Source: Octopus bimaculoides
Taxonomy: Eukaryota
NCBI RefSeq assembly: GCF_001194135.2
Contig: NC_068991.1
Location: forward strand, 25,676,117 to 25,729,658
DNA: 53,542 bases
Direction of reading: 5' to 3'
Both the position numbers and the translations under genes were made by a program. A model generated the notes under the pieces. The model saw only the letters and a program-made list of their open reading frames with translations, made no database searches and was not told the DNA's origin. Each line of letters begins with the position of its first letter. The first letter of the stretch is position 1. Below are positions 10,972-22,857 of this stretch, one piece after another.

Positions 10972-11587
10972 NNNNNNNNNNNNNNNNNNNNNNNNNNNNN
11001 NNNNNNNNNNNNNNNNNNNNNNNNNNNNNNNNNNNNNNNNNNNNNNNNNNNNNNNNNNNNNNNNNNNNNNNNNNNNNNNNNNNNNNNNNNNNNNNNNNNN
11101 NNNNNNNNNNNNNNNNNNNNNNNNNNNNNNNNNNNNNNNNNNNNNNNNNNNNNNNNNNNNNNNNNNNNNNNNNNNNNNNNNNNNNNNNNNNNNNNNNNNN
11201 NNNNNNNNNNNNNNNNNNNNNNNNNNNNNNNNNNNNNNNNNNNNNNNNNNNNNNNNNNNNNNNNNNNNNNNNNNNNNNNNNNNNNNNNNNNNNNNNNNNN
11301 NNNNNNNNNNNNNNNNNNNNNNNNNNNNNNNNNNNNNNNNNNNNNNNNNNNNNNNNNNNNNNNNNNNNNNNNNNNNNNNNNNNNNNNNNNNNNNNNNNNN
11401 NNNNNNNNNNNNNNNNNNNNNNNNNNNNNNNNNNNNNNNNNNNNNNNNNNNNNNNNNNNNNNNNNNNNNNNNNNNNNNNNNNNNNNNNNNNNNNNNNNNN
11501 NNNNNNNNNNNNNNNNNNNNNNNNNNNNNNNNNNNNNNNNNNNNNNNNNNNNNNNNNNNNNNNNNNNNNNNNNNNNNNNNNNNNNNN

Positions 11588-11625
<38 letters not shown>

Positions 11626-12173
11626 TATATGCATGTATACATATATACATGTATGTATGTATGGATGTATGTATGTATGTATGTATGTATGCACACAACG
11701 TGCGGGAGCACACTCTAGTGCTGTTAGATACGTGGATGCCCCTCATTTTGTACTGATAACATAATCAGTACAGAAACATACCAGAGATTCCTAGAATAGT
11801 TTTAACTCCAGCTGCCAAGTGAGGTTAAGAAGGAAGGTGAAAGATTAGCTGTCGGAGGATGTGGTTGAATTTACACGTTCATGGTTTTCTTTGAGATAAC
11901 CACAAGTTTGCCATTGGCGTAATGTTAATATGTAATAGTGTATTTCGTTTCGTATGGTAGCTGGAGAGCCGCAGTTGCCTGTCATATACCAATAGTATGT
12001 CTTTTGTTTAAAAGCAGCTTTCAAATGTATTCATTTGTAATTCCGTCTTACTTGTACAATTCTATTTCACTCTCGTTATTTAATATTATTTATTGCAAAG
12101 CATTTTTCACAACTATTAATTCCATTTTTGCTTCTTCGGTAGCTTTCTTTCTTTCTTTCTTTCTTTCTTTCTC

Positions 12174-12208
<35 letters not shown>

Positions 12209-12301
12209 CTCTTCCTGTCTATGTATCTATCATTGAGTGTACATATATATGTATTTATATAAATATACATACATACATGCACACATACATACATACATAC
12301 A

Positions 12302-12333
<32 letters not shown>

Positions 12334-13207
12334 CCGGGTGTGATGAGTAAATTATCGCCATTTTATATTTTTAAATTTCGTGCATGCTCATTGCTTGTTT
12401 TTGGTTTTGTCGACTACACAGTATAGTAGGGTCAGTTGGGCACCGTTTGTGAGAAAAACAGCACCATGACGCAATTCACTCTCCTAGAAATTTGGAAACA
12501 ACACGTTGTACAGCTTGGCATTCGCACCAGAAGGTCCAATAAAAATATTTCAGACTGTTTTGGTGTCAATCTGAGGACAGTGCCTCTACCAAGAGTGATA
12601 AAAATCAAACATCCAGTCATCATCATGATGTTTGGAGTGATTACTTGTGATGGCGACGTTATGCGTCCATTCATCTTCCCACACGGCAACATGCTCAATA
12701 CAGAGACCTACATCAAGTGCCTGGAGGAGCTAGTACTGCCCTGGGTCAAGAGGGTGGCTGCTGGAAGACCCTATGTCTGGCAACAAGACTCTTCTCCGTG
12801 CCACACAAGCAGGAGAGCTCAGTCAAGGCTGTCAGGCAATTTCTGTGATCACATCTCCCCTTACACCTAGCCACTTAACTCACAAGACTGCAACCCCCTT
12901 GTTTATTATGTATGGGGCGCAGTTGAACGAGACCAACAAAACTCCTTGTAACACCAAAGATGAATTCAAAGAAAGGATTATGGCAGCATTCACCAACTTA
13001 AACAAGGAAACCGTCTAGAAGAATTGCAGGAGATTCCGAAGTCGTCTAGTGGCTGTGGTTGAAGACAATGACAATTTTATTGAATAAATTAACTTTTTAG
13101 TATTTTAAGATATTTTTATGTAATTTCGATAAATATATCTTTTAAAATGAGATATCAGCGTTATTTTCAATTTTGCTTAATTTAGAGGACAGTTCATTCA
13201 CCACGCC

Positions 13208-13210
<3 letters not shown>
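12334..13210 (+). mobile_element. Tc1/mariner relic, DD37D (maT) type, internally deleted
   Basis: TA-flanked imperfect TIRs (17/26); translation KHPVIIMMFGVITCDG...YVWQQDSSPCH...T*PLNSQDCNPLV has 37 residues between the second D and the third-D position (now V); N-terminal HTH start fused to the catalytic region; one stop and one frameshift. Confidence 0.9.

Positions 13211-13280
<70 letters not shown>
13211..13280. repeat. (TA)35 microsatellite between two mariner relics
   Basis: Read directly. Confidence 0.97.
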
Positions 13281-13286
<6 letters not shown>

Positions 13287-14531
13287 CAGGGTGTGTTAGA
13301 TATCTAAGGACAGATTAAATATATGTTTATAAAAAGCATATATATAATACCATAATAACTTTAATACCATAATAACTTTATCAAAAAATGCTATGATGAT
13401 AAGACTGTATCTTCTTTTCTATAATGTTAAAGCCACCTTCAGTTTCAACAGCTGCTTCTATATGAGACCTAAATCATCTACATGCTCAAATCAAGTGTTC
13501 CTGATTCATTTTGGACATTACTTCCAAGTATGGCAGCTTTCAAAGAATCTTTGCTGTTATGGGCATGTTCGTTGACCTCTCTTTCAACAACGCTCCACAT
13601 GTAATAGTCCAATGGGATTGAGATCTCGGGAATTAGGAGGCCAAATGTTAGGGGTTATGTGATCATGAAAATTTTCAGCCATCCATTCCTGTGTTACTAG
13701 AGCCATATATGATAGTGCAGAGTCTTACTGAAACACATATCGCCTTCCATTCCAAACATTGTCTATCTAGGGCTTAACAATTATTTCCAGGACCTCAATG
13801 TAGGTGGCAGAGTTAATTCTAGGGCCTTGTGGAAAGAAGTAAGGAGGTATCACATGCCCTTCATTGCTTACTACCCATAAAACCATGACAGTTGCAGGAA
13901 ATTTTGTATGCATAACAATTGGAACTTCTGAAGGGTCCGCACATAACCATCTGTTAACTTTTTGATCTTGGTCATTTGAGAAAAACAAAATCAAATCTTC
14001 TGCTGGATTTTTCAGATTGTTTAAGAGCCTTTTAGATCTGTTGTAGTGATTTTCTTTCGCTTTTTCTGACAAATTGACCTTTCCTCATCATATAAGATAT
14101 ATATCTGATGTCTTCGTAGACAACATTTCTGACTATTCCTTCTGACACGTAGAGACCTATTGCAATTGGCTTCATGTACTCTCTGGGATAGTAATTAATG
14201 GTCTGTTGAACTTGTAGGATAAATTCAGGTGTTGTGATGGATTCAGAGCGTTTAGAATGCTTTTTTATGTTTTGATACTGGTGATACGTTTCTATCTTCA
14301 GTCTCTAACTCCTTACAAACTTTATAGATGAAAGATCTGGCAACTTTTAAAAATCAAGATAATTCTCAATCGCTATGCTCAGCCTTTATAACCACAATAA
14401 CAGCATACCCATTCATTTCTTCAGTAGGTTGAGGGCGTGGCATTATTATTTTCTGAAACAAAGATTATACAGAGTTTGCAAAAAATGCAGCAATGACCCC
14501 AAAAATGTATGTCCTCAAATACCTTACGGAC

Positions 14532-14535
<4 letters not shown>
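13287..14535 (-). mobile_element. Second DD37D (maT)-like Tc1/mariner relic
   Basis: TA-flanked TIRs CAGGGTGTGTTAGATATCTAAGGACA / CAGAGTCCGTAAGGTATTTGAGGACA (19/26); minus translation HTKFPATVMVLWVVSNEGHVIPPYFFPQG...VFQ*DSA...HDHITPNIWPPNSRDLNP. Confidence 0.9.
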
Positions 14536-14572
<37 letters not shown>

Positions 14573-15196
14573 AGATCGCTGTGATCGACATGACTATGTG
14601 CTTTTTAAACAGCTGACAATGGGTGGTTGTGCAAAAATACAAAACAAAACAAAGAACAATCATTGGTAACGGAGAAATCCAGGAGGATATAAGTTCTGTG
14701 GAGAAAGGACCAGATAAAATGTAACGTTAAATGGAGTGACAACAATGCAAGTGAAGAAAGAATGAGTGATGAGCGAGGGGTAGGAGACGCGAGGACGCTA
14801 TAAGACATCAACCAGCTCCGAAGTCAGAAAGCACTATAGTTACGATAGGCAATGCAGAACGACTGATAGCAGTAATGTACGCGAGAAGTTGGAAGGTATT
14901 TCGAGCGTGGCTGTCGATTACTTATTCCTTTTTCAGATCCATTTTCTCTAAAGCTAATTATGCAATGTATCCTATTTTAGAAATATAATTGAACGTATTT
15001 GGTTGTTATTTTCAAATAACCAGGTATGAAAGTATCGCATAAGCAGAAGGTCTGTATTCCTTGATTCACTTTGATTGTCAGGATTGTAACATGTTGGAAC
15101 ACATAAATGATCGAACCGGTGAAATCTGGAACATATCAAAGAGCAACAAAGACGACGATGACGAAAGCAACAGATTAGAGTAATAGAACAATCATT

Positions 15197-15227
<31 letters not shown>

Positions 15228-15779
15228 ATAACAAAAACAGCAACAATGATTTACAAAGTCTGAAATACAGTAACTAAATATATCATTAATATCATGGTTG
15301 GTAAACTATAACGCTATATATATGACATGTCTGCCTACATATTATTCAGATTTGTGATATGAGGTCAGTTTCTTCCACAGTTCACATCCTCTGAATTAAT
15401 TGTCTTAATTATCAAATATTGCAGAAAAATATGATTGAAATTTTTTTAAAGTTTTGATTTTTGCTATTTTATTGTGTCATATTTCTGAAATGCACTTTGC
15501 TAATTACGTCAATTTACGTCACATAACTTGGGAGAAAAAAAAAAACAAAAGACAAAACAAAAACAACGAAGACCACAGGCTATCGTTGCTGAACTATATG
15601 GTATCTTGATTAGCTAACATTAACAACTAAATCGTCTCCAAATTATTCCTCACCTATTTAAGGAAATAACACACTAAACAATTGGGTCACATTCCTGTCC
15701 GTCTGTCCGTCTATCTATCCATCTATCTATCGATTTCTCTCTCGCTCTCTCTGTGTATATATATATATTTTTTATATAA

Positions 15780-15799
15780 TGATGATGATAATGATGATG

Positions 15800-15850
<51 letters not shown>
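15780..15850. repeat. (GAT)/(AAT)n microsatellite at the 5' junction of the R4/Dong-like fragment
   Basis: Read directly. Confidence 0.95.
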
Positions 15851-15853
<3 letters not shown>

Positions 15854-16350
15854 CGAGAAAGCAACCATACTCTGGGATATGCCAATACACACAGATCGAG
15901 AAATTAAGGCAAATAGACCAGATATAGTTGTCAAAGATCATGAAGGAAAAAAATGCCTTCTAATTGATGTTTCAATACCAGCAGATGACAACGTTTCTCT
16001 AAAAGAAATGGAAAAACTTTCAAAATACAAAGACCTGGAAATAGAGATAACTCGAATGTGGAATCTAAAAACAGAAACAATTCCTATCATAGTAGGTGCC
16101 TTAGGTATAATAAAAAAATATTCAGACAAATACATAACAAAAACACCAGGACTTACAAATATATATAACATACAGAAAATTGCACTACTGGGTACTGCAC
16201 ACATTCTACGCAAAACACTTTCAATACAGTAAACATAAGAGCACCACAGCAAACCACAGCACATACCCAAGGCGCACAGAGCTGCGCTCGGTAGTGAAGT
16301 GAAAGCACGTTATAAAAATAAAACTACTGAATAATAATAATAATAATAAT
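15851..16350 (+). mobile_element. 5'-truncated R4/Dong-like non-LTR retrotransposon: restriction-like endonuclease, 3' UTR and (AAT)n tail
   Basis: Open frame 15852-16232, NEKATILWDMPIHTDREIKANRPDIVVKD...CLLIDVSIP...EKLSKYKDL...IPIIVGALG, has the RPD...D...K (PD-(D/E)xK) signature of RLE-type elements; (AAT)n on both sides. Confidence 0.9.
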
Positions 16351-16748
16351 TGATTAGGTAACCAGAAGATGGATTTACTATTAATCTTTATTTTCTACGA
16401 CGATCCTTTCGACCCATCCTGCTACAGTCCCTTATGGATGGGACTCCTTGCAGCATGTGTTGCATCCATATACATAAAGTGGTGTCTCACTAAAGATCTT
16501 CAGTTTGGGCGGCCATGGTGTAATTTTCCCGTCGAGTTAGGGAATGTAACCTTGCTACAATTTTCATTGCTATTAAATTTCCACAACAAAAATGGTAAAC
16601 ATTTGTTAGCATAAACATATAAGTATAGATAAGAATCAAAGAAAAAGGAAAAAAAAAATTCTGCAGGGTATGTAAATAGGAGAAATGAGAGATAAAGTTA
16701 CATTAAGTTCAAGACAAGGGAATGGGACTACAAAAAGGAAGAGAAAAG

Positions 16749-16790
<42 letters not shown>

Positions 16791-17263
16791 GCGAAAGTGT
16801 CTGAGGGGCGAAAGGGTTTGTATACTTGTTAACCTTGGTCGGGATGCCTATAGGCATATACACACACATTCACGCACACGCATATCCGTACATACATCCA
16901 CAGAGAGACGTCGGCATCCCCGCCTACTTGGCAAATTTCGGCCCTAATTCCTACAGCTTATGGTCGGAAGATAACTACATAAAAGGTCTATCATCACAGT
17001 TACTTTAAAGATTAGGGCATGGTGTAGACATATTTGACGCATTCTGTATCTATATCACGTCGGGTCGATGGTACCTTCAACAACGGTAGATGACTGAACA
17101 CACACAAACACGCATATCTACTTATATACATACATGCGCACATACACACACACATGTACATGCACCTATACATATGCCAACAGTCCTACATATGCGCACA
17201 TACACATATACATACACACACACACTCTTCTAGATATATGTATAGACACACATACACATCTAC

Positions 17264-17311
<48 letters not shown>

Positions 17312-17656
17312 TTATCTATCTATCTATATAAACATACACACAGACACATATTTATACACGCGCACGCACACATATACTTACACGTACACATACACACATG
17401 CATACATTCCCATCTAGGTCTATGTGGTTTTACTGCCTCGTTAGTTTTAGTTACATTCTAAAGTACATATATAACTATATGAATCTAGTTTTCCTCATTC
17501 GCAAAATGAGTTCCCCTTAATTTAGCTCAGATTGCTTTCAATTTTGGTGTATTGCTGCAACTCTGAATTTTGATTACGATGAACCAATTACTTTATCTTG
17601 TAAATTAAAGAATCTGATGTTATTTGCAACTAAAGTTGGGAAATTTGGGTAATTTT

Positions 17657-17704
17657 AGCCAATCAGCAGACAGCGTGGCATTAGCAGCTTGTTACCATGA
17701 CGAC
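17657..17704 (+). promoter_or_regulatory. Candidate promoter module: NF-Y CCAAT box plus RFX X-box
   Basis: AGCCAATCAG at 17657-17666; GTTACCATGACGAC at 17691-17704 fits the X-box pattern RTHNYYWTRRNRAC at all positions; non-repeat context. Motif match only. Confidence 0.4.
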
Positions 17705-17932
17705 TGCACACTGTGTTGTGGTTCACTGTTGTCTGTGCTGCTGTTGTCAACGTTAATTTTTCACACTTGATTCTTCAAACCACGAGATTCTTTTTACCCG
17801 CGTCTTTTGCTTCAATTTACATATTACATATTTTTGTGCTTCTGTGTGTTAGTATTTTTCTGTACTTTTTCTGTATGTTAGTATTTTTACGGCGTCACAT
17901 CAGGAATTTTGCAGCACTGATTGATAAACGTG

Positions 17933-17983
<51 letters not shown>

Positions 17984-19668
17984 NNNNNNNNNNNNNNNNN
18001 NNNNNNNNNNNNNNNNNNNNNNNNNNNNNNNNNNNNNNNNNNNNNNNNNNNNNNNNNNNNNNNNNNNNNNNNNNNNNNNNNNNNNNNNNNNNNNNNNNNN
18101 NNNNNNNNNNNNNNNNNNNNNNNNNNNNNNNNNNNNNNNNNNNNNNNNNNNNNNNNNNNNNNNNNNNNNNNNNNNNNNNNNNNNNNNNNNNNNNNNNNNN
18201 NNNNNNNNNNNNNNNNNNNNNNNNNNNNNNNNNNNNNNNNNNNNNNNNNNNNNNNNNNNNNNNNNNNNNNNNNNNNNNNNNNNNNNNNNNNNNNNNNNNN
18301 NNNNNNNNNNNNNNNNNNNNNNNNNNNNNNNNNNNNNNNNNNNNNNNNNNNNNNNNNNNNNNNNNNNNNNNNNNNNNNNNNNNNNNNNNNNNNNNNNNNN
18401 NNNNNNNNNNNNNNNNNNNNNNNNNNNNNNNNNNNNNNNNNNNNNNNNNNNNNNNNNNNNNNNNNNNNNNNNNNNNNNNNNNNNNNNNNNNNNNNNNNNN
18501 NNNNNNNNNNNNNNNNNNNNNNNNNNNNNNNNNNNNNNNNNNNNNNNNNNNNNNNNNNNNNNNNNNNNNNNNNNNNNNNNNNNNNNNNNNNNNNNNNNNN
18601 NNNNNNNNNNNNNNNNNNNNNNNNNNNNNNNNNNNNNNNNNNNNNNNNNNNNNNNNNNNNNNNNNNNNNNNNNNNNNNNNNNNNNNNNNNNNNNNNNNNN
18701 NNNNNNNNNNNNNNNNNNNNNNNNNNNNNNNNNNNNNNNNNNNNNNNNNNNNNNNNNNNNNNNNNNNNNNNNNNNNNNNNNNNNNNNNNNNNNNNNNNNN
18801 NNNNNNNNNNNNNNNNNNNNNNNNNNNNNATATAGAGAGAGAGAGAGAGAGAGAGAGATAGATAGATATGTTATATGCATATGAGGCTGAGAATTGACGA
18901 TGTATCTATTGCATTGTGTATACTAAGATAAGCTGAGAATGCAGTTAGATGTTTATATAATTGTGTTTAGTCGTATGTATGTATGTATGTATGCGTGGTT
19001 AGTGGTGTAGGTTCTTATTGTTAGTTACGTCTGATTGAGGGAACCGATAATAAAAGTGATTTCAGTTCTGACCATTGCATCTTTTTACATATGACGGGGA
19101 CATTATCCAGTGCGTTCAACCATTTTCGAAGAGAGCAGAGTGGATTTCAAATAAATTTAGCTGGTATTTCTAGCAAGTCAATCGACGGCAAAGAATTTGC
19201 CTAATACGCTCGCAATGGTGTGGGTACGTGTAGTTGAGTAAGTGTTGGGCCGTATGTGTGTGTGTGTGTGTGTGTGTGGTTTTGTATGTGTGCTTGTGTG
19301 TGTGAGTGTTTGTACTTTTTCGGATAGTTTTGTATATGTTTATATTTTAGTGTGATTGTTTGTAATTGCGAATGTGTTGTAGAGTTTGTAACAACATGCC
19401 AAGTAATATATGTGTAGTTATGTATGTGGTAGTGTATACTTTGCGATGTTTTACTAGAGAATATCTATAGCTGTGTCTGTACTATTGTCTTCGAAGAGGC
19501 GTATACATAATGGTCGATATTTTGGAAAATATGTGCATTTTTGTATGAAATGGAGTGTTGTAGTTGAGTACGCTAATGTATCCGCTAAGATGGCCGCCAC
19601 AATCGTTCTTTGGAAATGTCAGGTTTCTCTAGTTTGCTATTTTACAGAAGTCCTACCGCTTTTAGAGA

Positions 19669-19725
19669 ATGCTGCGCAGAATGTATTTCAAGCAGAGCAG
19701 GACGTTTAATATCACGTTAGACGAG
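19669..19725 (+). CDS. Candidate first coding exon (MLRRMYFKQSRTFNITLDE), product unknown
   Basis: ATG preceded by an in-frame TAG, open to a phase-0 donor GAG|GTAGGT; no downstream exon identified. Confidence 0.15.
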
Positions 19726-20479
19726 GTAGGTGAGAGCAGTAGGAAGGGTTTCTTGTGCATCCTTCTAGGCTGATGCGATTGAATCAGCCGTTGTCCTATC
19801 TAAACATCTGCAAACTTAATGCATGCAGAAAACAACGTTTGCAACAAGCAAACTGGGGAACTGATTGCAATGTCTGCAACTTTGTGAAATGCACAAATCG
19901 CATCCAAAACAAGGTAGTAGCGATCAAAGTGATTTATTATTCATTTATGTATTAAATTTCGGCTGACTGGGTCCTATACAATAAAACATATTCTGAGAGT
20001 AAACTAAAAAGATGGTCAAGGAGTGAATGCATAACTTTCAGGCAAAAATATTTCCATTGTGTCTCTTCAAAAGAAATCGATAGTCATTAATGTCTTTCTA
20101 ATTGACAGTAAATATAGACAATCAAATAATGCCAATAATTTTTTGATTCTCAATCCGTCAATTGAAATACTCATTACTGGCGCCTGTAGCGCCTACACCA
20201 GAAAGTGAGAGAAATATGTACTGTGAGATTCTTTTCTTGCCTTTGTACGTACCCGGCATAACAGTTTTAATAAAGTAGATATATTGCACAATGTATGAAA
20301 GGATTAGGCAGGTTTTTTGGTAGGCGTTCAAATAACTTAATGCTTCGATCTATCTGAGGACCATAATTCACGTATTGACACGTTGTAGTTAATTGAAATT
20401 GCTGCAATGCTTTACTCTGGATATGTTATAACTTATTCAGTGTATGATGTTGTTCCTGCTGTTATAGTATAACCTCAGA

Positions 20480-21010
20480 TCTGCTTAAATCATCAAACTA
20501 CGAGAAAGCAATCCCCGAACATATCAAAGGTCTACTTTACATCCGAAGCCATATTGTATCCTTATAAGCCTACAATCCGTCTTTGTATGGAATGCCGTTG
20601 TTATATATGGGAGGTTGCTCCGTCTTGTCACTTGGATCTCCCCTACTGGGTTAAGAGGCGAGTCTCTAATGTGACTGGTCTCTCTTTTGCTTCAACTCAG
20701 CAACCCCTGTCACTGGGACGTGACGTCGCCAGACTTACCAGACTTAGTCTTCTCTGTCGTTACTACAACATAAAGGGCTCTGATGAACTTTCTCTCTTAG
20801 TTCCAGATCATTTCGTGCCTTCTGACCTGACCCAAAACTGATACAGTCTTCATCTAAATGCTGTTGTGCTTCTACGAAGAAGGAAGTCTTTCTACGACTG
20901 TAGCTTTTTTTTTCTCACAGACCTTCTTCAGTCTCATGTTCTACTCCTTATTATAACCTGAACTCTTTCAAATCTAAATTAAACTCGTTCCTTTCGTCTT
21001 CATTTCTAAG
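20480..21010 (+). pseudogene. 3' end of ORF2 of a CR1/L2-group LINE, degraded
   Basis: YPYKPTIRLCMECRCYIWEVAPSCHLDL...VKRRVS...QPLSLGRDVA...LSLLCRYY matches the LYK.QIRP.MEY...W...L...QRR...L.HRR post-RT pattern; frameshifts and stops. Confidence 0.8.
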
Positions 21011-22857
21011 TGGCTTTTCTCGTTGTTTAGGAATGTTATTTCAATAAAAACTCTTCCAGATATACCATGAGACTGCTAAGCTAAAAAATATACACAGTAC
21101 CGCTTCTAAAATGGAAATGGTTAAACACATCGGATGTTATGGTATTTGATCAGTCCAGTCAATAAGATAAAAAGAAATCACTATTACAAAGTGTAAGTAG
21201 TAAAATATATATGGAGGGGTAAAATAATTAGAGGAGATTTAATTCTCTTATAAGATTTCAATAGATTCCTAATTTGTATGCTCCAGAGCAATCATAAATC
21301 AATGTTAATGTACTGAAATGTAAAAAATATAAAAGAGATTATGTATTTGTTAAGAAATTTCTAATGCTTCTTACATAGTAATCGAATGATTTTGTGAAGC
21401 CAGAAAATTGCAATAAATAACTAAATATAATGTAATATAATGGCATACATATGTATATATATATATATNNNNNNNNNNNNNNNNNNNNNNNNNNNNNNNN
21501 NNNNNNNNNNNNNNNNNNNNNNNNNNNNNNNNNNNNNNNNNNNNNNNNNNNNNNNNNNNNNNNNNNNNNNNNNNNNNNNNNNNNNNNNNNNNNNNNNNNN
21601 NNNNNNNNNNNNNNNNNNNNNNNNNNNNNNNNNNNNNNNNNNNNNNNNNNNNNNNNNNNNNNNNNNNNNNNNNNNNNNNNNNNNNNNNNNNNNNNNNNNN
21701 NNNNNNNNNNNNNNNNNNNNNNNNNNNNNNNNNNNNNNNNNNNNNNNNNNNNNNNNNNNNNNNNNNNNNNNNNNNNNNNNNNNNNNNNNNNNNNNNNNNN
21801 NNNNNNNNNNNNNNNNNNNNNNNNNNNNNNNNNNNNNNNNNNNNNNNNNNNNNNNNNNNNNNNNNNNNNNNNNNNNNNNNNNNNNNNNNNNNNNNNNNNN
21901 NNNNNNNNNNNNNNNNNNNNNNNNNNNNNNNNNNNNNNNNNNNNNNNNNNNNNNNNNNNNNNNNNNNNNNNNNNNNNNNNNNNNNNNNNNNNNNNNNNNN
22001 NNNNNNNNNNNNNNNNNNNNNNNNNNNNNNNNNNNNNNNNNNNNNNNNNNNNNNNNNNNNNNNNNNNNNNNNNNNNNNNNNNNNNNNNNNNNNNNNNNNN
22101 NNNNNNNNNNNNNNNNNNNNNNNNNNNNNNNNNNNNNNNNNNNNNNNNNNNNNNNNNNNNNNNNNNNNNNNNNNNNNNNNNNNNNNNNNNNNNNNNNNNN
22201 NNNNNNNNNNNNNNNNNNNNNNNNNNNNNNNNNNNNNNNNNNNNNNNNNNNNNNNNNNNNNNNNNNNNNNNNNNNNNNNNNNNNNNNNNNNNNNNNNNNN
22301 NNNNNTATATACGTACATACATTCATACATACCATACATACACACATACATACATACATACATACATACATACATACACGTACGCATTCTTATTTTCTAT
22401 CGCTTAACCTTTTTATCCTTTTATTAGTTCCATCCCATAAATGACATCGTTTCTGTTTCCGTCGTCAGTATGAAATATTTTTCTCTAATCTCCGAGTCTC
22501 CTATCTCAACAACGTAATTTTGTCCACTTCAGGCAAAACTACATATATTTTAAGAAGTAAAACGTTTATTGATTTTTTTTTTTTAAACAAAAAAAGCAAT
22601 TTTAGAATGATGGATATTTCTAGAAAGAAAATAAAATAGAAGATAATATATTGCAGAACATTACTGTGAGGTGAAAAATTAATAAAGAATGCTGCAAGAA
22701 ATGAATGTAAACTTCCGAAATCAATAAAGATAGATCCATTTTGTAAACATTAAAATCATTGATAAGCGTCTGTTGGATGATTAGGAACTGTTATGATTCG
22801 TTTTATATAAACTGCTGGTTATTGGTAACAACTGTTTCCACTAATATCTGTATTAAA

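Noticed and set aside
12334-14535. Composite transposon formed by the two adjacent mariners
   Set aside because: The outer TIRs belong to different families, and both transposases are disrupted.
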